From NCBI GenBank assembly GCA_000995965.1, contig LBYD01000002.1:135889-199888 (forward strand): a DNA stretch of 64,000 bases, read 5' to 3'. The position numbers and the translations under genes are program-made. Below, piece by piece: positions 17,582 through 27,213 of the stretch (position 1 is the stretch's first letter; each line of letters begins with the position of its first letter). This DNA is from Candidatus Moranbacteria bacterium GW2011_GWC2_40_12. GTDB lineage: Bacteria > Patescibacteriota > Minisyncoccia > Moranbacterales > UBA11712. The notes beneath the pieces were generated by a model. The model worked only from the letters and a program-made list of their open reading frames with translations. It was not told the origin of the DNA and searched no databases.

Positions 17582-20136
17582 AAAAAAGACCAAAAATTAT
17601 CAAACGCTGGTTCCTTGAAGGACCAAATAGATACGGAGACCATCCCTCCTTCAGAATCGAGGTACCGGCGCGAAAGGTATCACGGAACTTTGTTCTGATG
17701 AAATCAAAAAAATTGTCGCTCGACGCGAAAGATATGGTTTTCTCAACGAAATCCGATATTTCTTCCTGGATGTTTTCAGTAAAAACTCTCACGCGTCTCG
17801 CGGGCATTGCACTCGAATATCATGAACACTCCGCCATTCAAACAGGAAATGTTTTTGTGGTTTTTAGGGCAGATTCGGCGGAAATAGGAAACACAATCGC
17901 TTGCGAAGCCGCAGCATGGATCAATTCCGGTTTCCAAAAAAACGTTTCTCCATTCGTGACAAGATTGAAAATTGCCGCAAAAAAATATAGCACGGGACCA
18001 ATCACAGGAAGATACCTGCTCCAAGCGAAAAGAAGAGGCATCCCCTCTATCATACTTGCCAAAGAACCAAATTTACTTCAATTTGGATATGGAAGGCGGC
18101 TCAAGAAAGCATTGTCAGCTTCCACCAGCAACACCTCGAGAATCGGATCAAAAATCACCTCGAATAAAAACACGCTCAATGTTTTGCTAAATAAAATTGA
18201 TATTCCGGTTTCATTATCTGAGAAAATTTCCAATCTTTCCGAATTATATTCACTACTCAAAAAATTTAATCTTCCAGTTGTAATAAAACCGGCTGACTCT
18301 ACCGAAGGAAAAGGTGTTTCACTGAACATCCGGGATATTGGAGCTGCAAAAAAAGCATACCGCCGCGCAAGAAAGTTCAGCCGAAATGTCATAATGGAAA
18401 ATCAAATCGAAGGCCGATATTACAGGATAACGTTTGTCGGCGGCAAGATGATAGCATGTGCTAAGGCTAGTCCAGCCTGCGTGATCGGCAATGGAAGAAA
18501 AAAGCTTTCTCATTTAATCAGGGAAGAAAACGCAAAGCCATATCGCCAAACAAACAACAAAGACGCCGCTTTTTACAAAATTGAACTGACGCATAAACTT
18601 AAAACCATTCTTTCTTTCCAGGGAGTTGACTTGAATTCAATTATCCCGAAAATGCGAAAGATATTTCTTTCCTACTCGGGCGTTGACGGCGGAGAATGGA
18701 TAGAAGACAACGCTTCAGTTCATCCTGAAAATATTGATCTGATCAAACGCGCGCTGTTATTTGCCGAACTAGACATTGCCGGAGTGGATATTATCTCGCC
18801 GGATATTTCCAAGCCGCTGGCGTCCAACGGAGGAAAAATAATTGAGATCAATGCTGGCCCCGACACAAACATCCACGCCAACGTTAACCGCGGCAAAAAA
18901 ATATTCGTTGAAAAAGCAATCTTAGATTACCTGTATCCTTATCCCGAAAAAGGACGTATTCCTATTGTGAGCGTCACCGGAACAAACGGAAAAACGACCA
19001 CTTCTAAGCTCATTGCCCATCTCATTAATAATCCCTCCCGGTGGACTGTGGGCCTTGCCACTTCGGATAACAAATATATTAACGGCGAGCTTGTGGCGAA
19101 AGGTGACAAATCAGGCTTTCTCAGCGCCCGCTCACTTCTTATTAATCCTGAAATTGACGCGGCTGTCCTTGAAACTTGCCATATCTTGGGCATAGACATG
19201 CGGGGTTTGGGATATGACTGGAGTGATGCAAGTGTTATAACAAATGTAACTGACGACCATATTGGAACTTTCTGCACTCGAACTGCCGGAGATTTGTTTA
19301 GGATAAAGTCGGTCGTGGCAAAACGAACAAAAAAGAAAGGGTATCTTATTCTTAACGCCGACGACAAAAATGCGCCTCGAATGGCAAGACACACAAAAGC
19401 TACGATCGCTTATTTTAGCTTGGATTCCCATAATCATCAAATAAAATCACATTCCGCCAAGGGGCTACCCGTCTATTACCTGCGGAATGAAAAACTTTGG
19501 GAAGAGCGCGAGGGAAAGAAGACCTTATTGGCTGAGGTAAGTTGTATTCCTATTGCTTTTTCTGGAAAAGCCGAGTTTAATATCCAAAATTGTCTTGGAG
19601 CTCTAGCGGCCGTCAGATTGGTTTTTGGATCTCGTTTTCCTATCGAGAAAATTCGAAACAAATTATATTCTTTTGGCCGACATCCTCAATCCAATCCGGG
19701 ACGCTTCAATCTAATAAGAAAAAAAAATTATCACGTAGTTGTTGACTATGCTCATAATCCCGACGGTTATAAAAAGACCATAGAACTGGCAAGCAAAATC
19801 CCCCATAAAAGATTTGTCGGAATAATTAAGTCGGCCGGCGACCGTCCCGAAGGTTTTATTCACGAACTGGGAAAAATTTCCGGAAACAGCTTCGACTATA
19901 TTTTCATTAAAGAACCATCACCTGAAAAAATTAGGAACAGAGAAAAAGGGGTAGTCTCAAATCTTTTGCAAAAAGGCGTTCTTTCTACCGGATTTCCAAA
20001 AAAATTGACACGGATTATCCATGACGAAAAAACCGCTGTCAACAAAGCTCTGCAGCAATCCCGAGGCGGCGATCTTTTGGTTGTATTTGCACATGATATT
20101 GATAATGTAATTGAACAAATAAACAAATATCCCTAG
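17575..20136 (+). CDS. cphA: cyanophycin synthetase-like (ATP-grasp + Mur-ligase domains)
   Basis: 853 aa. N-terminus ..LEGPNRYGDHPSFRIEV. ATP-grasp: LPVVIKPADSTEGKGVSLN...RITFVGGKMIACAKASPACVIGNGRKKLSHLI. Mur-ligase: YPYPEKGRIPIVSVTGTNGKTTT...DYAHNP. Confidence 0.65.
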   Translation: MLKKRPKIIKRWFLEGPNRYGDHPSFRIEVPARKVSRNFVLMKSKKLSLDAKDMVFSTKSDISSWMFSVKTLTRLAGIALEYHEHSAIQTGNVFVVFRADSAEIGNTIACEAAAWINSGFQKNVSPFVTRLKIAAKKYSTGPITGRYLLQAKRRGIPSIILAKEPNLLQFGYGRRLKKALSASTSNTSRIGSKITSNKNTLNVLLNKIDIPVSLSEKISNLSELYSLLKKFNLPVVIKPADSTEGKGVSLNIRDIGAAKKAYRRARKFSRNVIMENQIEGRYYRITFVGGKMIACAKASPACVIGNGRKKLSHLIREENAKPYRQTNNKDAAFYKIELTHKLKTILSFQGVDLNSIIPKMRKIFLSYSGVDGGEWIEDNASVHPENIDLIKRALLFAELDIAGVDIISPDISKPLASNGGKIIEINAGPDTNIHANVNRGKKIFVEKAILDYLYPYPEKGRIPIVSVTGTNGKTTTSKLIAHLINNPSRWTVGLATSDNKYINGELVAKGDKSGFLSARSLLINPEIDAAVLETCHILGIDMRGLGYDWSDASVITNVTDDHIGTFCTRTAGDLFRIKSVVAKRTKKKGYLILNADDKNAPRMARHTKATIAYFSLDSHNHQIKSHSAKGLPVYYLRNEKLWEEREGKKTLLAEVSCIPIAFSGKAEFNIQNCLGALAAVRLVFGSRFPIEKIRNKLYSFGRHPQSNPGRFNLIRKKNYHVVVDYAHNPDGYKKTIELASKIPHKRFVGIIKSAGDRPEGFIHELGKISGNSFDYIFIKEPSPEKIRNREKGVVSNLLQKGVLSTGFPKKLTRIIHDEKTAVNKALQQSRGGDLLVVFAHDIDNVIEQINKYP

Positions 20137-20140
20137 TGTT

Positions 20141-21634
20141 ATGGAAAAAAAGGCAAAGCCGAGTGGTACTTTCATTCGCGATATTGAAAACCTCAAAACG
20201 CTATTTTCGAGAAACAAAATAAAGATTTTTGGAATCGGGGCTTACCCTTCAACGCGAAGCGAGATCCGCCCCTTGATAGATGATTCCGAAATCATCTGCG
20301 CGAATCAGACCGGCGAATTCGCTTCGGTAAGCCAAAAAATAAAAGTGTCCTGCTTTCGGATAAAAAACAGGCTATCCAGTCTATATCCCGTGCAAAATCC
20401 AGAAGAAATCCTTTCAAAAAAAAGCGTAATCGCCCATATCAGGAAAAATTCAGCGGGCAAAAGAATCGGGATATACATATACAAACCGTCTTTAAAAATA
20501 GAAAAGATTTGTCGGGCAAATGGCTGGATTTTGATCGCAAACCGAATTTCCGTTTTTGACAAACTGGCTGGTAAAGACGAGGCTTGCCGCATTTTCCAAA
20601 AAATAGGAAAAAATCGAGATTTTCAAACAGTACCCCTAAACAGTCTTGAGAAAAAATTACCCGGTTTATTTTCAAGATTTGGAGACAAGATTGTTTTGCA
20701 ATTCCCGCGAGAGGGCGGAGGACGAGGCACTTTCTTTTTCCGCCGCGAAGATTCGAAAAATATAAGTTCGGAAATAGCAAAAAAAAGGAAAGGTTCGGAG
20801 ATAAAAAATTTTTCAAATAGAGTTTTGGTCAACGCTTATATTAAGGGGCCTTCTTTGAGCATCAGCGGCTGCATAACAAAAAGCAACGGCATTCTTTGCG
20901 ACAGCCTTCGCTATCAGCTGATCGACATCGCCGAGGCGAAAAAGATCAACTCCGCCGGAGTATTTTGCGGAAACGACTGGACGCTTGCGAAAAATATTCC
21001 CGCTTTCCTCGACAAACAAGCAAAAAAAATCGCCGTCCTAGTCGGCAATGTCCTAAAATCTGAAGGAGCACTCGGCATGTTTGGAATAGATTTTATCCGA
21101 TGCCGAGAAAGCGATACTCTGGTTCCTATTGAAATAAATCCTCGCCTGCTCGGCACGACCCCTGTTTCAGTTTATGTCCATTTACAAAAAGAACAAATCC
21201 CTCTTGAGGCTTTCCATCTGCTGGAATTCTTGAACATACCCTACAGAAAATTAAAAACTTTACCCAAGGAAAGTTTTTTATCGGCTCATGGGTGCCATTT
21301 GATACTATATAATCAGACTAGCGGCCGCGTTCGCGTCGGCAACGAGTTAAAGGGCGGCGTCTACGCGTTAACGAGGGCTTCGCGGCCCGCGCTCAAATAT
21401 TTGCGCCCTGGTTTTGAGCTTAGCGATATCAAGAATATGAATGAGTTTATTCTTACGGATGGAATGCCTCTTAAGAAGCTGGTCTACCAAAAAAATAAAA
21501 AACTTTTGAGGATTATTTCCAAAAAATCTCTAGTTAAAAAAAGCGCCGCCGAATTAAACTCCTGGGGGAAAAAAGTAGTCAGCCAAGTGCGGAGCAACCT
21601 TAAGATTCATCCGCTAAAAAAAATCAATAGGTAA
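20141..21634 (+). CDS. ATP-grasp domain protein (fifth ATP-grasp of the cluster)
   Basis: 497 aa with GMFGIDFI...PIEINPRLLGTTP, a typical ATP-grasp C-terminal Mg/ATP region. Confidence 0.5.
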   Translation: MEKKAKPSGTFIRDIENLKTLFSRNKIKIFGIGAYPSTRSEIRPLIDDSEIICANQTGEFASVSQKIKVSCFRIKNRLSSLYPVQNPEEILSKKSVIAHIRKNSAGKRIGIYIYKPSLKIEKICRANGWILIANRISVFDKLAGKDEACRIFQKIGKNRDFQTVPLNSLEKKLPGLFSRFGDKIVLQFPREGGGRGTFFFRREDSKNISSEIAKKRKGSEIKNFSNRVLVNAYIKGPSLSISGCITKSNGILCDSLRYQLIDIAEAKKINSAGVFCGNDWTLAKNIPAFLDKQAKKIAVLVGNVLKSEGALGMFGIDFIRCRESDTLVPIEINPRLLGTTPVSVYVHLQKEQIPLEAFHLLEFLNIPYRKLKTLPKESFLSAHGCHLILYNQTSGRVRVGNELKGGVYALTRASRPALKYLRPGFELSDIKNMNEFILTDGMPLKKLVYQKNKKLLRIISKKSLVKKSAAELNSWGKKVVSQVRSNLKIHPLKKINR

Positions 21635-21647
21635 CTCTATTTTTCTT

Positions 21648-23036
21648 ATGGAAAAGCCAAGTATTTTCAGTCAATCATATCTGGAGAGACGTGATCCGAA
21701 AGCTTACGATAAACAATGGCGCCATTTAATTAACCTTTGTCGTTCCTATAACGATCCTTTTACTTATTTAGGGGGCGAAGAAAAATACCGCAAACAGCAG
21801 AAAGATGATTTTTTATCTGGTAAAATTGAAAATCCGGTTCTTGATTATCCGGATATCAATATCGAAGATATAGACAGACGAGAAAAAAAGCTCCTTGAAA
21901 TAAAAGAATACATACTGAAAAAGGAGAAGAGGGAATTCGTTCGCCAGGCATATAAATGGAGAATAAATGAATTAGTGGCCGGCTTTAGAATGCTAAAGGC
22001 CACCGCCTCGGGAAACATGAAAAGATTCCAGCGCTATACCGAATATATCTACGGCAATCCTTCCCGAGATATTTTTTCCTATTCGGTAGAAAAGATTAGA
22101 GCCAACCTGGAAAATTATCTTGACTCGGATAATCTGGACCTGCAGAGCGCTGCCCAAAATCTTTTTGACGCGCTTCCGAAAGATCTTCCCGAGGCTAAAG
22201 TGATTCATTTGCCTGGCCAAGACGTGATTTCTAACGCGAAAAAAATTATCGATGAAGAATTCAGCAATCTATTCGAAATGCCTTCGGAAAAAAAAGAGCT
22301 CGACGCTGAAGATATTTGTCTCATCGCTTCTCAAATTATTAAAGATAAAAAGGCTTTCGACTGGAAAGCGATACTAATCGACGGAGGCAGCGGAAGCAGT
22401 CTGTCAGTGGATCAAGAAAGAAAACAATTTAAAATTCCAAAAGCAAAGACTGTTTCGCCTTCCGAATTTACAGGCACCGCTCGTCATGAAGCGGGCCGTC
22501 ATTTTTTCAGAAGAATTGAGGGTGATCGGAGCCGCTTGCGGCTGTTGGGAATAGGTCTCGACAGATATGACCGAGGGGAAGAAGGAGTCGCCACTGCCAC
22601 AGAACAAGCGGCAGAAGAACGAATGGATGATTTTGCTGGTCTCGCGAGCCATCTCGCGATCAGTTTGGCCATCGGACTTGACGGCAAACCACGAAACTTT
22701 AGGGATACTTATGAATGGATGAAAAAATACTTTACATTTCTCAAAGTTAAAAACGGAAAGAGTTTTTCCTCCGCTGAAACCGAAGCGCGATCGAATGCCT
22801 GGGCAATTTGCATTCGAACCTTTCGCGGAACAAATTGTTCCACTCCCGGCGTTTGTTTCACGAAGGATATCGTGTACAGAGAAGGCAACATAGAAACATG
22901 GGGAATCCTTGAAGAAAATCCTGAAGAAGCTCATCGTTTTAGTGTGGGGAAATACGACCCAGCCAATATGCGGCATCTCTGGATTCTTGATCAAATGGCT
23001 ATAGAAGATCAGGATTTAGAATATTTAGAGAAATAG
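21648..23036 (+). CDS. DUF1704 / QEGLA-family (MATCAP-like) putative metallo-carboxypeptidase
   Basis: 462 aa with an HEAGRH (H-E-x3-H) motif and a GEEGVATATEQ segment resembling the EEGLA signature. Confidence 0.5.
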   Translation: MEKPSIFSQSYLERRDPKAYDKQWRHLINLCRSYNDPFTYLGGEEKYRKQQKDDFLSGKIENPVLDYPDINIEDIDRREKKLLEIKEYILKKEKREFVRQAYKWRINELVAGFRMLKATASGNMKRFQRYTEYIYGNPSRDIFSYSVEKIRANLENYLDSDNLDLQSAAQNLFDALPKDLPEAKVIHLPGQDVISNAKKIIDEEFSNLFEMPSEKKELDAEDICLIASQIIKDKKAFDWKAILIDGGSGSSLSVDQERKQFKIPKAKTVSPSEFTGTARHEAGRHFFRRIEGDRSRLRLLGIGLDRYDRGEEGVATATEQAAEERMDDFAGLASHLAISLAIGLDGKPRNFRDTYEWMKKYFTFLKVKNGKSFSSAETEARSNAWAICIRTFRGTNCSTPGVCFTKDIVYREGNIETWGILEENPEEAHRFSVGKYDPANMRHLWILDQMAIEDQDLEYLEK

Positions 23037-23150
23037 TGTATTATATTGACATAGGCTCAATTTTGATAGAAAATTGAGACTTACCGAATTCGTAATATAT
23101 CCCAAGCCATAGTAATATCTATTTTATCCTGTGGTACGGGATCAGCAAGA

Positions 23151-25385
23151 ATGAAAAACGAACTCGTGGATAACACGAAAAATGCTTTGAAAAAGCCAAA
23201 AAAGAAGCGGAAATGGCTTCGGCGGATTTTCAAAATTTTTGTTTGGTGCTTTGTCGCCGGGCTGCTTTTAGCTATAGGCGTTTTTGCCTATTATGCCAAA
23301 GATTTGCCTAGTCCCGGAAAACTCAACAAGAGGCAAGTCGTCGAATCTACCAAGATATACGACCGCACGGGAGAGCACCTTCTCTATGAAATCCACGGCG
23401 AGGAAAAACGCACCACTATCCCCCTAAAAGACATGGGCGAAGTCATCAAGGCCGCCACTCTTTCTGCCGAAGACCAGAGCTTTTATCAGCATCACGGAAT
23501 TTATTTCAAATCTATCGCGCGGGCCGCGATTTATGATCTTATCGGCCGCCAAGTCAGCCAGGGAGGATCGACCATCAGTCAGCAGCTAATCAAAAACACG
23601 GTACTTACAAACGAAAAAACTTTCACCCGCAAAGTAAAAGAAGTGATTCTTTCGGTCGAGCTCGAGCAAAGATTTTCCAAAGACGAAATTCTCGAGATGT
23701 ATCTCAACGAGATTCCTTATGGCTCCAATGCCTATGGGGTTCAGGCGGCTGCTCAGACTTTTTTCGGAAAAGACGCTAAGAGCCTTACTCTGGCTGAAGC
23801 AGCCCTTCTTGCTTCCCTTCCGAAAGCTCCAACCTATTACTCCCCTTATGGCTCAAACACAGATGACTTGAGAGGCCGGCAGGAGTACGTCTTGGACCAG
23901 ATGGCAAAACTTGGCTACATCACCAGAGAAGAGGCAGAAGGCGCCAAAGAAATTGATATAATTTCCGAAGTCAGACCCTTTCAGGAAAGCATCCAAGCGC
24001 CCCACTTTGTGATGTATGTGAAAGATCTTTTAGTGAACAAGTACGGCGAACAGCAAGTTGAAGAGGGCGGAATGAAAGTATTTACCACTCTTGATTGGGA
24101 CAAGCAGCAAATTGCAGACGAGGCGGTAAAAAAGGGAGTCGCGAATAACTCCAAGTATAAAGCCTCAAACGCGGCTCTCGTCGCTATTGATCCAAAGACG
24201 GGACAAATCCTGGCCATGGTCGGTTCCCGCGATTATTTTGACAAAACCATTGACGGAAACGTGAATGTTGCTATCCGCGACCGTCAACCTGGATCAAGTT
24301 TCAAGCCCTATGTTTACGCAACCGCTTTCAAAAAAGGCTACACCCCGAATACCATGCTTTTTGATGTTGAAACAAATTTTGGGACGAAGGAGAAGCCTTA
24401 TGCTCCTCAAAATTATTCGAATAATTTCAGCGGTCCGGTGAAAATGAAAGAGGCGCTTGCGAGATCCTTGAATATCCCGGCTGTGAAAACCCTTTACCTG
24501 GCCGGCGTGCAAAATTCGGTCAATACGGCCCAATCAATGGGAATCACTACTCTCAAGAACCCAAGCCGCTACGGTCTGGCTTTGGTTCTCGGCGGCGGGG
24601 AAGTCAAGCTCGTTGACCACGTGAACGCGTTCGGGACATTCGCGACAGGAGGAGTCAGACATGACAAGACAGCCATTCTCAAAATCACCTACTCTCAGGG
24701 AAACCTTCTGGACGAATATAAAAATTCAGCCGGGGAAAAAGTGCTGGATCAGGATATTTGCGCCAAAATTGATTCTATTCTTTCCGATAACAGCCTGCGC
24801 TCATCTGTTTTCGGCTCGAACAGCCCTCTCCGATTCGACAGCCGCCCAGTAGCCGTGAAAACCGGGACTACCAATGAATGGCGGGATGCCTGGACAGTTG
24901 GATATGCGCCAAATCTCGTAGCCGGCGTTTGGGCGGGAAACAACAACAACGCACCGATGGCACAAGGGTCCGATGGAGTGTATGTCGCCGCGCCAATTTG
25001 GCGGGAATTTATGGATAGGGCGTTTTCCAATATGGCCATTGAAAAATTTCCTGAAGTGAAAGACGAAAAAACCGGAAAAGCTATTCTCGACGGGACGGTG
25101 CAGGGAGAGGAGAAAGAGGTAACTGTTTGCAAAATCAGTGACGGAAAATATTGCCTTGCCAACGATAATTGTCCAGACAACGAAAAGAGGCGACACAAAA
25201 AATTCTTTTCGGCCCATTCCATCTTATATTGGATTGACAAAGACAACCCCCGCGGAGATGCCCCTAAACAGCCTCAAAAGGATCCTCAGTTTTCCGCTTG
25301 GGAAAAGGGAGTTCAGAAGTGGGCAGAGAAAAAAGAACTTGATGTTCAAGAAAATGTTGAGGAATGCAAGTCCAGTGATTTTTAA
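23151..25385 (+). CDS. class A penicillin-binding protein (PBP1A; transglycosylase + transpeptidase)
   Basis: EDQSFYQHHGI...GGSTISQQLIKN is a GT51 transglycosylase; SGSSFKPYVY is the transpeptidase SxxK motif; an N-terminal TM anchor is present. Confidence 0.9.
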   Translation: MKNELVDNTKNALKKPKKKRKWLRRIFKIFVWCFVAGLLLAIGVFAYYAKDLPSPGKLNKRQVVESTKIYDRTGEHLLYEIHGEEKRTTIPLKDMGEVIKAATLSAEDQSFYQHHGIYFKSIARAAIYDLIGRQVSQGGSTISQQLIKNTVLTNEKTFTRKVKEVILSVELEQRFSKDEILEMYLNEIPYGSNAYGVQAAAQTFFGKDAKSLTLAEAALLASLPKAPTYYSPYGSNTDDLRGRQEYVLDQMAKLGYITREEAEGAKEIDIISEVRPFQESIQAPHFVMYVKDLLVNKYGEQQVEEGGMKVFTTLDWDKQQIADEAVKKGVANNSKYKASNAALVAIDPKTGQILAMVGSRDYFDKTIDGNVNVAIRDRQPGSSFKPYVYATAFKKGYTPNTMLFDVETNFGTKEKPYAPQNYSNNFSGPVKMKEALARSLNIPAVKTLYLAGVQNSVNTAQSMGITTLKNPSRYGLALVLGGGEVKLVDHVNAFGTFATGGVRHDKTAILKITYSQGNLLDEYKNSAGEKVLDQDICAKIDSILSDNSLRSSVFGSNSPLRFDSRPVAVKTGTTNEWRDAWTVGYAPNLVAGVWAGNNNNAPMAQGSDGVYVAAPIWREFMDRAFSNMAIEKFPEVKDEKTGKAILDGTVQGEEKEVTVCKISDGKYCLANDNCPDNEKRRHKKFFSAHSILYWIDKDNPRGDAPKQPQKDPQFSAWEKGVQKWAEKKELDVQENVEECKSSDF

Positions 25386-25430
25386 AAAGGGCTATATCCT
25401 GAAATCCCTCCCGTATATCTGGGGGGATTT

Positions 25431-25718
25431 TTATTTTACTTTTATTTCTTCTACGCTTTCGCTTTCCAGAAAGTTATTAATTTCTTTTTTCAGCCCCTCT
25501 CTTTTCCTCCAAATTTCACTGGCAATCGCCGGATGGGCAGTTTTGATATATATTTTTTTTTCCTCCAGCCTGAAATCAAGAATATCTACTCGCGCGATAC
25601 TTGGTATTTTTTTTTCAAGCAGGCCAAAAAAAACGCTTTCGATGGATTTTTCATCAATTTCCCGCGCGTAATTTCTGCGACTCTTTTTTTTTGCCAGCAA
25701 GTCAGCTATAGCCTTCAT
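25431..25718 (-). CDS. DUF721 (DciA-like) protein
   Basis: 95 aa located immediately downstream of dnaN in the origin neighbourhood, with an IASEIWRKREGL.. pattern typical of DUF721. Confidence 0.45.
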   Translation of the reverse strand: MKAIADLLAKKKSRRNYAREIDEKSIESVFFGLLEKKIPSIARVDILDFRLEEKKIYIKTAHPAIASEIWRKREGLKKEINNFLESESVEEIKVK

Positions 25719-25788
25719 TTTATGTCTAAAGTTCGATTTTTTTCTTTGCCAGCTGACGCTTGCAGTTCATCAAAGTCGAACTTTTTTT

Positions 25789-26940
25789 CTAGTTTCGAAT
25801 CGGCATTATGATATGAAGATAATTTTCATCCAATTTTTCTTTTTCCAGCACCTCCCGGAAAATTACCGGCCCGAAACTGTCATTAAAACCGATATAGACC
25901 ATGTTATTTGAAAAAGAGTTGAGGGCGTCCACAAGATAACGGTTATTAAAAGCTATTATATTTTCTCCCTTGGACTTGCCTTGACAAGGAACTTCGGCAA
26001 TATTTTCACCGGTTTCAACTGACTGGGATTCGATTTTCATTTTGCCGCTGTCTCCTTTTATGCAAAGTTTCACTTCGCGGCTTTTGCTGTCAGAAAAAAT
26101 ACTGGCTGTCCGAACCGCTTTGACTAAATCATCCCGCCCGACAAATACGCTCGAAGAAAATTCTTTTGGTATGACTTGCTTGTATTCTGGGTATTTTCCA
26201 TCAATCAGCCGTGAAACAAACACAACTTCATCGATTTCAAAAAAAATCTGGCTTTCACCGATATAAACCTTTATGCGGCCGCTTTCTTCGCTTATGCTCC
26301 TCGTCACCTCCTGCAAAGTTTTGGCTGGCACAATGATGGAGGAGTTTTTTGAAATAAATTTTTGGTAATTTGCTCCTATATCATTTTTTTCCAGCTTTAT
26401 TTTGGCCTCCGCCAAACGAAAGCTATCCGTAGCCGCAAGAACGAGGCCATCTTTCTCAAAACCGAAATAAACTCCTGTCAATTCTTGCCTCGTCTCTGAA
26501 ATTGCGGCCGAAGCAATCACTTTAGCGGCTTTATTTTGAAAAACCGGCCCATCAATTTCAAAAAGATGCTCTGATTGGGGCTTGGGTATGATTGGAAAAT
26601 CTTTGGCATCAACCCCTTTTATAACCGCCCGACTTCCTTCGCTTGTCAGATATAGCGTTTGATTTTTTGCTTCAATACTCATTTTTGATCCATCTGGAAT
26701 ATTACTCAAATAACTTCCCGCAATTCTTCCCGGAACAGCGATTTTTCCTTCTTTTTCAATTTTTGCCCGAAGCGAACAAACTACGCCAATTTCAAGATTT
26801 GTCGCTGATACTTTTAGCCGGCTTTTTTCCACTTCCAGCAGGATATTTGATAAAATAGGCAGAGTGAGATTTTTGCCTATTATTTTTTCAGCAATTAAAA
26901 TCCCTTTTTTAAAATTTTCTGACAAAGATTGCAATTTCAT
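25789..26940 (-). CDS. dnaN: DNA polymerase III beta sliding clamp
   Basis: 383 aa; the N-terminus reads NLTLPILSNILLEVEKSRLKVSATNLEIG. Confidence 0.9.
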   Translation of the reverse strand: MKLQSLSENFKKGILIAEKIIGKNLTLPILSNILLEVEKSRLKVSATNLEIGVVCSLRAKIEKEGKIAVPGRIAGSYLSNIPDGSKMSIEAKNQTLYLTSEGSRAVIKGVDAKDFPIIPKPQSEHLFEIDGPVFQNKAAKVIASAAISETRQELTGVYFGFEKDGLVLAATDSFRLAEAKIKLEKNDIGANYQKFISKNSSIIVPAKTLQEVTRSISEESGRIKVYIGESQIFFEIDEVVFVSRLIDGKYPEYKQVIPKEFSSSVFVGRDDLVKAVRTASIFSDSKSREVKLCIKGDSGKMKIESQSVETGENIAEVPCQGKSKGENIIAFNNRYLVDALNSFSNNMVYIGFNDSFGPVIFREVLEKEKLDENYLHIIMPIRN

Positions 26941-27213
26941 TTTAGTAGTTAATAATAATTATTAAAGTTATATTAGTTATTTATTATATTAGGCGAGATG
27001 TTGTGGGGGTAAATTGTATTTTCGGCTTAAATAAAAATAATTTAGCGCGGTAAAATTGTGAATAGGGTTGTGGATAATTGTGGATAAGTTGAGTATATTT
27101 GTTTCAATTTCAGCACCATGGACTTTCTCCCAAGTTTATCAACTGTTTTTTCCTCTGTTATTTTTGTTAAAACAGGAACTCAGGGACACTTTTCCTCAGT
27201 TTATCCGCAGTTT
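26941..27213. promoter_or_regulatory. oriC-like region: AT-rich unwinding element plus DnaA boxes (dnaA-dnaN intergenic)
   Basis: An AT-rich tract at 26941-26995 (ttagtagttaataataattattaaagttatattagttatttattatatta), then two perfect tgtggataa boxes (the complement of ttatccaca) at 27069-27077 and 27079-27087, plus a tgtgaatag variant. Confidence 0.6.
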
